Assembly: GCA_964016885.1 (NCBI GenBank)
Contig: OZ024751.1
Span: 27,714,001 to 27,778,000, forward strand
Direction of reading: 5' to 3'
DNA length: 64,000 nucleotides
From: Eledone cirrhosa
Taxonomy: Eukaryota
The position numbers and the translations under genes were made by a program. Positions within the stretch are counted from its first letter, which is position 1; each line of letters opens with the position of its first letter. This document shows positions 12,253 through 25,354 of this stretch, one piece after another. The notes under the pieces are model-generated. The model was not told the origin of the DNA and did no database searches. It saw only the letters and a list, made by a program, of their open reading frames with translations.

Positions 12253-13699
12253 TATACCTGGTTTATATGCTGGATATATCTGGTTTATATGCTGGATATA
12301 TCTGGTTTATATGCTGGATATATCTAGTTTATATACTGGATATATCTAGTTTATATACTGGGTATATCTAGTTTATATACTGGGTATACCTGGTTTATAT
12401 ACTGGGTATACCTGGTTTATATGCTGGGTATATCTAGTTTATATGCTGGGTATACCTGGTTTATATACTGGGTATACCTGGTTTATATACTGGGTATACC
12501 TGGTTTATATGCTGGGTATACCTGGTTTATATGCTGGATATATCTAGTTTATATACTGGGTATATCTAGTTTATATACTGGGTATACCTGGTTTATATGC
12601 TGGATATATCTAGTTTATATACTGGGTATATCTAGTTTATATACTGGGTATACCTGGTTTATATGCTGGATATATCTAGTTTATATACTGGGTATATCTA
12701 GTTTATATACTGGGTATACCTGGTTTATATGCTGGATATATCTAGTTTATATGCTGGGTATATCTAGTTTATATGCTGGGTATACCTGGTTTATATACTG
12801 GGTATACCTGGTTTATATGCTGGGTATACCTGGTTTATATACTGGGTATACCTGGTTTATATACTGGGTATACCTGGTTTATATGCTGGATATATCTAGT
12901 TTATATGCTGGGTATATCTAGTTTATATGCTGGGTATACCTGGTTTATATACTGGGTATACCTGGTTTATATACTGGGTATACCTGGTTTATATGCTGGG
13001 TATACCTGGTTTATATACTGGGTATACCTGGTTTATATACTGGGTATACCTGGTTTATATGCTGGATATATCTAGTTTATAAGCTGGATATATCTAGTTT
13101 ATATGCTGGGTATATCTAGTTTATATGCTGGGTATATCTAGTTTATATGCTGGATATATCTAGTTTATATGCTGGATATATCTAGTTTATATACTGGATA
13201 TATCTAGTTTATATACTGGATATATCTAGTTTATATACTGGATATATCTAGTTTATATACTGGATATATCTAGTTTATATACTGGATATATCTAGTTTAT
13301 ATACTGGATATATCTAGTTTATATACTGGATATATCTAGTTTATATACTGGATATATCTAGTTTATATGCTGGATATATCTAGTTTATATGCTGGATATA
13401 TCTAGTTTATATGCTGGATATATCTAGTTTATATACTGGATATATCTAGTTTATATACTGGATATATCTAGTTTATATACTGGATATATCTAGTTTATAT
13501 ACTGGATATATCTAGTTTATATACTGGATATATCTAGTTTATATGCTGGATATATCTAGTTTATATACTGGATATATCTAGTTTATATGCTGGATATATC
13601 TAGTTTATATACTGGATATATCTAGTTTATATACTGGATATATCTAGTTTATATACTGGATATATCTAGTTTATATGCTGGATATATCTAGTTTATATG
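12253..13699. repeat. 22-bp quasi-palindromic minisatellite, about 65 copies
   Basis: Unit ACTGGATATATCTAGTTTATAT with variants GCTGG, GGGTA, TACCT and CCTGG. Confidence 0.95.
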
Positions 13700-14135
13700 T
13701 CGTGTATTTGTGATTTTGAATATGTTGACACCATGTGTTTGTTATAAGAGGCGACTAAAATGGCTAGTACCAAGAAAGACATCCAGCTGTAAAACATTGC
13801 CTGAAAGAGGGCCTATGATGAGTACAAAGTCTGTCATGGGGCTCACAAGCATAAACTCTACTTCATATTTTAAATTAAAATCTTCCATCATAATTTTATG
13901 AAAAAACATCTTGTCGCTTTATGAACGGAAAAAAGAGACGAAGCTGTATTACTGAATTCTTCCTAATTCTTCATTATTTTAAAAATAAGCTAAAACGTAG
14001 TCCAATCATTTCTAGCAAGGAAAACAGATGTTAAATGATGATGATGATGATGATGATAATGATGACATGAGCTGTGTATTTTATTAGGAATATGATAAAA
14101 AAAAAGTTAACAAAAGTTATTTTTCTCCTTTCCAG

Positions 14136-14470
14136 CTCAAGCCAGTCCAGCAAGAGATGCTAGCCTTCTTTCTGACCATCTTCAATCAGCAATCAGTGAA
14201 ATTGATAAAAACATGAGGAAGTTGTCTTTTAACAAAATATTTTGGCTGTGTATGGCAATACTTGGGATATTTTTCATTGTATTCTTGAAATATTTCAGTA
14301 TAGAAGGGAAATTTGTTGCCATTTTCATGAATGTGATGATGATAGCTGCAGTTGTTTTCATAGCTGTCAGCATATGGACTGGTTTTGTCATCACTCAAAT
14401 TGAAAGAAATGCTTTTGTAGCAACGAAAACTGAAGCCAAATATCTTTTAAACATCAAAAAGGAAAACTGA
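14136..14470 (+). CDS. SMPD2: SMPD2-like last coding exon (two C-terminal TM helices)
   Basis: tttccag|CT CAA... in phase with the previous exon; two hydrophobic stretches (IFWLCMAILGIFFIVFL; FVAIFMNVMMIAAVVFIAVSIWTG); TGA ends at 14470. Confidence 0.92.
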
Positions 14471-14733
14471 TATTGTTTTCCTTATATTTTTCTCTTCATA
14501 TTTCACATTCCAGTCACATTTTAATTATAAATTTTGTCTGGTTGTGGTGGGGTTAACGAGGTGTAAGATACATGTCTTTTGATAAAAATGGGATGACAGC
14601 AAAGAGAAAAATAAGGTTAGTTTTGGAGTGTTTTGTTGATAGAAATGTATGTTGTTGATATTGGTTTGGGAGGGGGAGAGAGGATCATGTTAGCACATAT
14701 TTATTTCCCTACATGTAAACATACATACACATG

Positions 14734-14776
<43 letters not shown>

Positions 14777-14777
14777 G

Positions 14778-14819
<42 letters not shown>

Positions 14820-14896
14820 TACACACACATACATATATACACACATACACATATCCACATATATATATATATATACATACATATATACATACATGA

Positions 14897-15196
14897 AGGT
14901 GCATTGCTTAGTGGTTAGAACATTGGGCTTGCAATTGGAAGGTTGTGAGTTTGATTCTCAGACCGGATGATGCATTGTGTCCTTGAGCAAGACATTTTAT
15001 TTTGTGTTGTTCCAGTGTCAAGCTGTATTGGCCTTTGCCTTTCCCTTGGACATCATCGGAGGTGTGGAGAGAGGAGACTGGTATAACTATGAGGGGTGAC
15101 TGCTGCCCTTCCACAAACGACCTTACCTGGACTTGTGCCTCTGGAGAGAAACTTTCTCGGTACAAATCCCATGGTCATTGGTGATCGAAGGGGGGT
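14897..15196 (+). mobile_element. tRNA-derived SINE, family B
   Basis: A-box-like TTGCTTAGTGG, B-box-like GAGTTTGATTC, core TGTCCTTGAGCAAGACA. Related copies at about 19535-19860 (+), 35255-35370 (-), 37000-37180 (-), 44460-44650 (-) and 53330-53530 (-). Confidence 0.8.
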
Positions 15197-15483
15197 GTTT
15201 TTACATGTATATATATATATATATATATATACATATACATATCTATTTATATATATACATATGTATATACATATCTATTTATATATATATACACACATAT
15301 ATATATATATATATATACATATAACAACAAAGAGGGTGTGGTAAGATACCAGGTGGACCATAATGCACCAGAGTACTTGATACTTGGGGTAATAGAGTGG
15401 GTAATATGAAAAGATTCAGGACCCCAACAGCTGAGCTCCGGCCATTTCGACAGCTAGATCCAAACATGGATCTAGCTGTCGAA

Positions 15484-15573
<90 letters not shown>

Positions 15574-15604
15574 TTATTTGGGCCCCCTGTCATTTTACTT
15601 TATA

Positions 15605-15657
<53 letters not shown>

Positions 15658-15749
15658 CGTGTGTATATATATACATATATACACATATTATAAAGTAAAA
15701 TAAGAGGGGGCCCAATTGGTTGAATTTCCTTAATTATTTATTTCTGCAA

Positions 15750-15807
15750 ACACTATACATATTTCAGTGGCCAGGTTGCGTAAGAACCCGGTGACATCTT
15801 CAGGTGT
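15750..15807 (-). ncRNA. Minimal type-I hammerhead ribozyme motif
   Basis: Minus: ACAC-CTGAAGA-[TGTCA CCGGGTT CTTACGC AACCTGG CCACT]-GAAATA TG TAT A-GTGT. Confidence 0.65.
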
Positions 15808-15866
15808 AAATTGTATAATAGATGTATACCAACGGAATGATGGTAAACACATATGCACACACACAT

Positions 15867-15902
<36 letters not shown>

Positions 15903-15903
15903 G

Positions 15904-15956
<53 letters not shown>

Positions 15957-16335
15957 TCAATACATTAACAGAGAAAGCCCTAAGCTATACTCTGACTGGC
16001 TACCATCTCACTCAACAAACATTAGGATATACCTTAGTATAATCCCAATTTTATGTTTGGGGTGCTAACTATATGTATTTTGCGGAAAGCCAGTAGTATT
16101 ATTTTATATGAGACATAATTAAAATTAAAATATATCTCCCTTTCCAAACAATTGTTTCATTATAAGTTTTCTACAAGTTGGGAGAATGTGTCCGGGTTGT
16201 GTAGAAGCCTGCACATTTTTCTGTAAGAACATATGCAGGTGGGCACTTATAAATCATCAGTGGATGCCCGTCAAACATTAATATAATAAAAAATCTCTTA
16301 CCAATGTCAGTTTTTGTGTCAGCAAATTGTCCCCC

Positions 16336-16366
<31 letters not shown>

Positions 16367-16389
16367 ACATACACATATATATATATATA

Positions 16390-17600
16390 GAAGTTAGTTC
16401 CACATCAGTTAAAAAGCCATTTTCGAGGACAAGTGTTTCACTTTGTGAATCTTCAAACTCGACTGAATGGGTTATAGCAAAAAATATACGGCTCTATGAA
16501 GAACATCGGTCATGCACAAGTTCATTGATGAGGGGGAACAACTCATGTTAGACTGATGAAAGGGAGATGATTGAGATCGTTCTGGATACAAATAGGTTGG
16601 GTCCCTCGCAGATGAAATTAGTCTGGGTCATTGTAGTTACTTGGCTGCATGGGGACTGATTATAGAAATCAGATCTTGTATTTACACAGGTACTGTTACG
16701 TAATCCCCACAGGATATTTATTCGTTCTTCAATGCACAGCCCACAAGACAAATTCCTATTTCTGTATGGCCTAGATATGGCCATAACATTCTATTGAATG
16801 GAGTAATCCATGTCTGCTCCTTTGAGTGACCATATGTGGCTTGCAAGCTTCATGGATGATCGCTGATCTGAGTGTATAAAAGTTGTCTGATGGTTAAGGA
16901 AGCATTCTTTAAACCGGCCCCCTACCATAGCTACATATGATTTGACATCCTGTTGTTGGTTTGGTCAGGTAGGTGTAACTTCAGCTTCATAAATTAAAGT
17001 GGGTGTGTTGTACTGTTGTTGAAGGGAGCATGCTTCTGGCTTTCTGCAAGAGCATCCAGGCGTGGTTGAGCTCTTAGGGTTGGTGGTGATGTGGGGTTTC
17101 ATACTTTTAGCACAGGAGTAGCCGAGTTTCACGCTGTGTCCATTGAAGATAGATCGGTATTTATGACCTGTGGGGAAGGGCTTATCTAGGAGAGCTAAGA
17201 ATTTCTTACCTACATTAGTTCTAACACTGAGTGAGAAGGGTGGGCAGAACCAAATTATTTTTTTATTACTGCCTACTGGTGATGGCATTAGGAGGGGAGT
17301 AAGAAATTGTGTCAGAGAAGCCGCTTTTGGCTAATGTAGCATTGTAATAGGGTGCCGCTCTATCGAAGATGGCCTTGTTATAGGATAGGTTAGAGATCGT
17401 TGAGCTGATATTTTTTACAAAGTTTTTGAAGACCGTAGGTGGGTAGTATGAGTCTTTGTGTATGTAGGTTAATTTTTCATTAAGTTTATGGAAAGGTCTG
17501 AATGTGTATGCGCAAATGTCTAAATTAATGTGTAGATAGTCTACGGTAGTCAGGTTTGTGGCTGTGAGTCTCACTGATTTGAAGTAAGCTCTCAGCACCT
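16390..17600 (-). mobile_element. Penelope-like element, 3' part (RT thumb, CxCx5C linker, GIY-YIG region, pLTR)
   Basis: Peptides VDYLHINLD, IIWFCPPFS..VRTNVGKKFL, CSCRKPEAC, LIYEAEV and CGLCIEE; degenerate hammerhead motif at about 16423-16462; ends at (TA)n. Confidence 0.85.
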
Positions 17601-17629
17601 GCCGAGTTCTTCTTTGGTCTATCTCTACT

Positions 17630-19265
17630 GTAGCTTCCTTCTACTTGCACTTCTTCACCCATCGATCATCATCATCCATGCGCATCACATGTCCATACCA
17701 ATGCAGTCTTCTCTCCTGCACACCACCTTGGATTTCTCTTAAACTCAGCTTATTGCACAGCTTGTACAAGCTCTTCCTCTCTCTCACACTTATATTGCAC
17801 ATCCAACAGAACATGGCTACTTCATTTCTCTCCAATCTGCACATATCTTTTGCAATCACTGCCCATGTTTCACTACCATGCCACATCACAGGCATCATAC
17901 AGTTATCTTTTTGTACATTGAGAGAAACCTTTTGTGACCAACAGTAGAAGTAGCTCTCTAAACGTCTTCCATCCTATCCTTATTCTAGCTATTATGCTCT
18001 CAGATGACCCTCCTCTGTTGTTAAGTCACCTAGATATCAGAAGATACCAACCATTTCTATGGACCCTTGCTGTGATTTGAAAAGGTTTATATCACTGATG
18101 CTCTTCACCTTGATTACTGCTGTGAATCTTCTACATACAAAGTTCTCCCTTCCTATTAGTCTACCCATTATTCCACTACATCTAGTGTGTACCTAAGATT
18201 TACATTGTGTACACCATATGGAGTTGATGCCTACTCCTTTTCTACATATGGAACAGAACCACTTAAGGGATTGGAGTCCTAACTTTTCTCCTACCCACTA
18301 ACACTTTAGTTTGGGCTAAGCTTACTCTCAGACGTTTTGATTCCAAATTCAGTGGAACCTATTTACTAGTTCTTTTATAGATTCAGCTACAAGGACCAGA
18401 TCATCTGTCAGCCAGTTTTAAAATTCTCTGTTATGGCCTGAAAAGCTATGATGAACTCCTACCTGTGCCTTGAATTACTCGCTCAACACACTTCCTACTC
18501 TCACTTTACTGACAGCTCTTCTGTACATAGCTTGCACTGCTCTCATAAGCCATTCTTCTACACCTAGTTTCCTTAAGGACTACCAGATAATAGATTGGGG
18601 TACTTTGACAAAGGCCTTCCCTAGATCATGAAAAGCTAAATATAGGGGCTTATTCTTGGCTAGGAACTTCTCTTGTAGTTGCCTCCCTAAGAGAAGAGCA
18701 TCTCTAGTACTTTTCCCAGGCATGAAACCAAACTGCATCTCATCTATTTTGACTCTTTCCTCAATTAGCTGCACTATAAATCTTTGTCACTTTCATAATT
18801 TGGTCCACTAGTTTTATTACTCTATAGTTGCTCCTTTCTAGAGTATCACCTTTGCCCTTCTAGCAATTTATGATTGTACTGCTGCACCAGTCATTGGGTA
18901 TGTCTCTGTCATGTATTATTTGATTTACTATATAGGTTACAAGTTTGACTCTTACCTCTACCGATGCTTTTAGCATCTCAGCAACTGTTTCTGATGGTCC
19001 AGCACCTTTACCATTCTTTATCTCCTTGATTGTGTCTTTGACCCTAAAACTGTCAACTTCAATAGCTGGTCTTTCCTTTGGGTAAGTTGGGGGTACTTTC
19101 CTTTCCATTCATTCTCTACATTCATTAATCTCTCATAGTAACATTTCCAGGGTTCTTTCTTTTGACATCAATGGTGCTAAGTGCACCAGCATCATTTCTA
19201 ATGCATTTCCCCCCAACAACATCTCTGTCCACACTTACACATTGCCTTGCAAGATGGAAGACTTC
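17630..19265 (-). mobile_element. RTE-clade LINE fragment
   Basis: KGAGPS, QFGFMPGKST.DA, LYLAFHDL.KAF, HGSETW and RRLHWYGHVMR; same family as 1529-2850. Confidence 0.88.
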
Positions 19266-21139
19266 ATGTCTCTCTCTCTCTATATATATATATACATTCT
19301 TGTGTGTTCCCTGAGGTAGTTGTGGATTCAATAGGCCTCATGGAAGAAACCCATCTTGATGAGCATTCACTCCAAATTAGTAAGATTTTACTGGGCTGAC
19401 GTGGGTACCACAATCTAGGGGCCAGTCGGCTTATCAAGGAGGCCAGTTTCTCCAATACAATAGATGTGGGCTCCATAAGCCATAGTGAAACAGTCACTTT
19501 GAAGAAAAATCCTGTTGGGTGTATTTCTGATGTGTGGAGGTGTGTAGCTTAGTGGTGAGGGCTGTTTATCTCATGATTGTAAGGTCTTGTGTTCAATTCC
19601 CAGCAGTACATTGTGTTCTTGAGCAAGACACTTTATTTCTTGTTGCTCCTGTCCACTCAGCTGGCAAAAATGAGTTGTACCTGTAATTCATAGAGCCATC
19701 CTTGTTACACACTGCATCATGCTGAATCTCCCTGAGAACTATGTTAAGAGTACATGTGACAGTGGAATACTCAGCAACTTTCATATTAATTTCGTTAGTA
19801 GGCTGTTTAGTTAATCTAAAAACTGGAACACTCATCGGGAAAACTGAAGGAGGTCCATTAACATTTTTTACTCTATCACAAGACAGCAACCTAGTGCTGT
19901 ATATATATCACCAAAAGTGACTATCACTGCTGAATTTGATTATTCAAACACCAAAATGGAACCCTGAGCAGTTCTACAGACTCTAAACATTACTAACCTT
20001 TTTTATAGTTTTTATTGGAATTAAAATCTTGCTCACATCTTAAATTCATTTTTAATCTGTGAGAAATTTCAGTGCTTCTTGGTTATTACCCCTTATTTCA
20101 TATTGAAACAAACAATACCTCAACTTATATGTAATTGTAACCCTAACCCTAAATTTGGCCCTAACCCCACATTTTAAATTGAAATGTCAGCTAAACCTAC
20201 ACCTGCACTGTGATTTATCAGTAAATGACATTCTTCAGCATCTGGTATTGAAGACATTCAGAGAAGTTATGACTCTGACAAGGTTTTTGTCATTGTACAT
20301 GGTTCACCTTATTAAGTATTATTTGGTGCTCCTAGTGAAGGTATTTGGCTATTTCAGCACCTTAGCCACGCTATCAACTGTAGGAAAGATGTGAGTGTTT
20401 TGGTTTTACTCAGGAAAATTTGAAAGGGCAACACTGACATCATATATTATTGTATGTAATTGAGGAACCGTCTATCACCTGAGGTAATAAGAGTCTACGC
20501 TTGCCACAAAAGTTTTGTGATTTCAACTTTTCATTATTTTCCCATCTAAATCTCTTATTAACACCATATGTAATGATATCTTGTAAGCAGTTTTAATACA
20601 CCTAACACAAACACTTTGTTGGTATTTAAATTGTTTAAAATGTTATTAAACTTTGTTATTTTTAAACCTGAAATATTAGAATATTTGACAATCTCCAGGT
20701 TGTGGGGTCACTAGCTTTGACTCCTTAACGTAAAGTTACAAGAAAACTTAATATTTAGTCCCAGAGCAGGAAATCAATTCAGTATTGCACTTAAAGTTAA
20801 TAATTGTTTCTACTATTGTCACAAGGCCAGCAATTACCCAGTACATTACTGGTACTTTATTTTATCGACCCCGTAAGGATGAACGGCAAAGTTAACTTAA
20901 AGTTAATATTGATTTCATTTATTGGCCAAAATGAACCAGCCCTGTCAATAATGACTGCAATAACAATAAAAATATTTAATTTTTGGAGAGTAGGTTTGTT
21001 ATATATGTAGCAGGTAGATCTGAAAATTATACAGGCTGGATTCTTATAGAATTCCAGTAATAATCAGGAACTGATTATACAGAGCGATTGCCGGTCCAGC
21101 AAAAATTGAAAATTAGGATTGGTGCTCTGAAATAGCGAT

Positions 21140-21177
21140 GCTCTGATGAACACCAACAGTGTGAAACATCTGTCAGC
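21140..21177 (+). ncRNA. Minimal type-I hammerhead ribozyme (intact consensus)
   Basis: GCT-CTGATGA-ACAC caaca GTGT-GAAACA tc TGT C-AGC: all core nucleotides present, stems I/II/III pair, GUC cleavage triplet at 21172-21174. Confidence 0.8.
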
Positions 21178-21194
21178 TTATCTCCATTCCCTTA

Positions 21195-21725
21195 TTGAAA
21201 AAAGAAGTGACACGTTCGGACATCGGCTCTATCAGTAGGAAGATCCTTGATAGAGTTCTACCATCATTGCAGGTTGCCACACCACTCCCACTCTGGAGCA
21301 GAACATCTGATGCAATATCTTGGTTCCAAGAATTACCCGACAAACGCCACACTCGCTTCCTGCAACTCGACATAGAAAACTACTATGCTTCTATCTCAGA
21401 GCCCCTCCAGAAGGATGCACTTACTTTTGCCAGGAATTTTACCACCATAACTGACGCTGAGCAAGATGTTATCCTCCATGCCTGTAAGACCTTCCTATAC
21501 CACGAGGGATCTTACTGGATCAACAAGAAGTCTCAGACCCCCTTTGACGTCAGCATGGGAGTGAGGGACTTGGCTGAAATAAGCGACCTTGTGAGCCTGT
21601 ACATTTTACATCACCTGAAGAACCTCTTTACTGGCCTCACCGGAGGTTTATACCGAGACGATGGCCTCTTCGCCCTGCACAAAGTTAATCCCAGAACTAC
21701 CAATGGGTTTCGGAGAAACTTAAGT
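21195..21725 (+). mobile_element. Penelope-like RT fragment
   Basis: SDIGSISRKILD, FLQLDIENYYASI (motif A), FDVSMG..D.AEISDLV (B') and LYRDDGL (C); truncated into (CT)n(TA)n. Confidence 0.88.
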
Positions 21726-21743
21726 TATATATCTATCTATAAG

Positions 21744-21839
<96 letters not shown>

Positions 21840-22010
21840 ATAGGAAAAATGAAGAAAAGGAAAAAAGAAAGAAAGAAGGAGGAGAGAGAGATACTCTGTG
21901 TTCGTTTTTCTTTTATATTCAATTATAATATACGGCTCGGAAAAATCTCTTTCCTAGAGCTATTTTATTGTAAGAGATTATTTTGAGTTTCTAATCAATA
22001 TATACCTTTG

Positions 22011-22047
<37 letters not shown>

Positions 22048-22084
22048 TATGCTTATATATAAATATGCACATCAAAATCTATCT

Positions 22085-22295
22085 ATCTATCTAGGGCGGG
22101 TAAAATTCCCGAGATCCATGAACGAGTTCTCTCCAGCAGTCTCTGTCCCTCATTATCGCTGCCATGTCCTGCGTCTCCAACAGACCAGTCAGTGTCTGTC
22201 CTTAGGGCATCAACATATGTTAACTTTGGTTTTCCTCTTCCAGTGTGTCCATGCAGGGGCTCCCACAGGAGCATTGAGTGCAGTGGCAACTCTGG
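22085..22295 (-). mobile_element. RTE-like LINE extreme 3' end
   Basis: LLWEPLHGHTGRGKPKLTYVDALRTDT; near-identical copy on + at about 41160-41332. Confidence 0.7.
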
Positions 22296-22579
22296 ATGTC
22301 GGTGAGCATGTCCAGTTCGTGAGTTTTTACTGCTAGTGTGTCTGAATGTCTGAACTTAATAGCTAAATAAAAGACACCCACGCTTAACAAGGGAGATAAC
22401 CAAATGTTAAAATATAGAGTTAGTTCCCTTGAAATAATATTTTCTGTTTTTTTTCATACGTATATTATTATGGATGTTTGTCTATCTATTTACCTATATA
22501 TATATATACAGTGAGAGAAAGAGAGGTACAGATAAATATATATGTATTTATATATACATAGATAGCTATATATATATAT

Positions 22580-25330
22580 GGAGTAGAGTGCCTCTTACTC
22601 CGGTCCTTGAAAGAGTTCGTGTGGTTATACATCCGCGATTTAAATTGAGTTCAGATGCATCACCGATTTTTCGTTTTATATTATATCATACTCTGCTCTG
22701 TAAGAGCATAGAGTGCTCAAACGGCATACCGCCTATGGAAGCACCTTAGCTACCATCAGACACACATATATATTACGCTCCTCTACAAGTAGAGCGCTTA
22801 CAGCGATTCACCATGGAAAAATTCAATTACTCATCCTCTTTAAAGGACATCCCGATCCCGTCTGACAACACGTACATGAGCCTACTGATGCACCACACCA
22901 TCTCCTTCGTTAGACGCATGAGATGGCGCGCATTTCACCACGACAGGATGACACAGCAACACGCACCCGATATTCCTTAAGACCGCCTAAAGCGGATCTT
23001 TAGATCAAGACGGCACCCACCACAACGCACAGCTGGAAGAATTTGAGAACCGTATCATCAACATCGTCCGAAACATTAAATTCCGAAGGAATAATGCACG
23101 ACATATGGATTACCTCCGGAGATTGAGCTCCACAATCAAAAGCATGGAAGAGTGCCCGGATTTACTTGTGCCCTCGGACAAAACTGGTAATGTATACAAG
23201 CTTGACCGTTTTACATACAACGACTGTATCGGGAAAAATTACAGGACAACTTAGATGACATTAACGCCACGACCAAAAACATAATGACCGGGCTAGGAAT
23301 AGATGATAGGACAGAACAATATGTACCTAGAAAACCTCGGATATCCATTAAGGGTCATAAATTAGACTTTAGAACTAATCTACCTGTTAGGCTAATAGCA
23401 CCCTTCAAATCAGACATAGGTAGGACCAGCAAGAATATCATAGACAGGATACTACCGGTACTTAGGAACAAAACCAGGCTTAAATTGTGGACCGCCAACA
23501 AGGAAGTAATTGACTGGTTCTCGCTAATAGATAGCAAACAGCAGGTAAATTTTATTCAATTAGACATAGCGAATTACTACGCGTCAGTATCACCTTAAGT
23601 AGTTAACAAGGCCCTCATGAGCGCCATGGCCAAGTCCAACCTCACTAGGGAGGAGGCAAGCCTCATAATAGCAGCTAGAAATACGCTAATTAGCTTCGAA
23701 GACAAGTTATGGGAGAGGAGGGACAGACCCGACAGTTTTGATATTACTATGGGGTCGAGCGACTCTGCGCAGGTGACCGACCTGGTGGAGATCTATCTCC
23801 TCCAAAGATTAGCGGAGGAGATCCCAGGGATCGGCGGAGGAATATACAGAGACGACGCACTTTTTACCTTCCGTTCCCTAAACCCCAGCCAGCTGGAGCG
23901 TATGAGGAAGCGCATATCGCACTTTTTTAAGCAACACGGCTTATCCGTGACAATAGATCCTAGCACTAAGACGGTGAATTTCCTGGACGTTACCCTGGAA
24001 ATGAATACGGGCATCCACCGACCTTATCACAAGCCCAATGAGAATCTGCAATATGTGAACAGGCAATCGAACCACCCCAAGTCAGTCATAGAAACAATAG
24101 TTAAAGGGGTATCTAAACGCGTATCCACCCTGTCGGCCAACGCAGACGTGTTCAACCAGCACGCCGGCTATTATGAGGCACTGCGCAGGGCCGGTTACAC
24201 AGAAAGCATAGTGTACACCACAGACAGGGAAGAGCATAGCGTCGGGGCATGCGGATACGGCAATAGCAGTGGCACTCCCATAGATAGAAGAAACGACCCG
24301 GAACTAGACCGCCACACGGTGAAGTTTTCCTTCTCCACAGCACCTAACATGGCAGACTACATGGCCAAAACCAACGCGGCGAAGATGAGAAACCTCGACC
24401 GTCAACCGCGGCGGCAGAATGACCGTCCATCGGAGCACGGAGGGCCCCTCGCAGACCAGTCTTCCAACCACAACCCGGCCACCACGCCCGCGGAAGACCA
24501 TACAATACAACGCCTGGCGGGAATGAGTGGCGGAGGAGAGACCACCGTGTCTGCGGAACACCACCCTGAGAATCGGGAGAGGGCCCTAGAACATCAAGGG
24601 CCAGGCGCCCGAAATGAACAACATAAAGACAGTACGTGCAACTGCAGAGCGGAAACGCAGTGCCCCCTGCAGGGAAGATGCCTGACGAAGGGCCTGGGAA
24701 TCCACCGGGAAGACCAGGCTAAAGGCATGCGGCGGAGCGTGCGCCGACCAGAGCGGCGAAACGGGTTCAAGGGATCAGACACACTACCCTGATGACTATA
24801 TATGCCCTGTGGGGTAATCCGGAATAACCCGGTATGCATACCCGACTCTGCACGTCACCCTAGGCAAGAACATCGCCTGAGCCGGGGCAGGTTGACCCGG
24901 ATTCCACTGACTTTCAGTCAAATGCATTACACCTATAGGACAATATAGCTCAACCACAGTGTAATACTCCAGTATGGCCGGTCCAAGCACCCCCCATACA
25001 TGTGCATCTTTTCAATAGAGAGTCCATACTCTCCCCGTATTCCACCTTGTAACACTTATGTCCTGTATATCTCCTGCTTCTCCTGTGTACTATCTCATAC
25101 GCATACACGTTCCTCATTATAAAAGTATAAGCAAAAATAAAGACAGCTGACTGACTGACCTCCTGCTTATGTCAAAAGATATAATAATTACTGCTTACCT
25201 ATCTTAGTTTCTTCTCTAACTCTAATAAAGTTTAGTGGCTAATGAAAATCAACGAAGCGGGAACATGTAATTACAAGAGATACAAACCCCCCCAGAGTCT
25301 TCTCTACTCCGCTGACCTACATTTCAAGGA
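22580..25330 (+). mobile_element. Near full-length degenerate Penelope-like retroelement (C-terminal EN type)
   Basis: ATG at 22813 (MEKFNYSSSLKDIPIPS...FVRRMRWRA); PSDKTGNVY, FIQLDIANYYASV, FDITMGSSDSAQVTDLV, IYRDD, VNFLDVTL and CNCRAETQCPLQGRC; in-frame stops and frameshifts; flanked by (TA)n and (TG)n. Confidence 0.9.
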
Positions 25331-25354
25331 AACATTGAGCAATGATGTAATTAT

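Noticed and set aside
12421-13075. Hydrophobic repetitive ORFs (166 and 100 aa)
   Set aside because: Products of the 22-bp minisatellite; the unit is not a multiple of three and the region is intronic.
22813-24800. Selenocysteine recoding as in Naiad Penelope elements
   Set aside because: Domain order is RT then EN, the conserved Cys codons are TGC, and the disruptions seen in the RT region are TAA/TAG stops or frameshifts.
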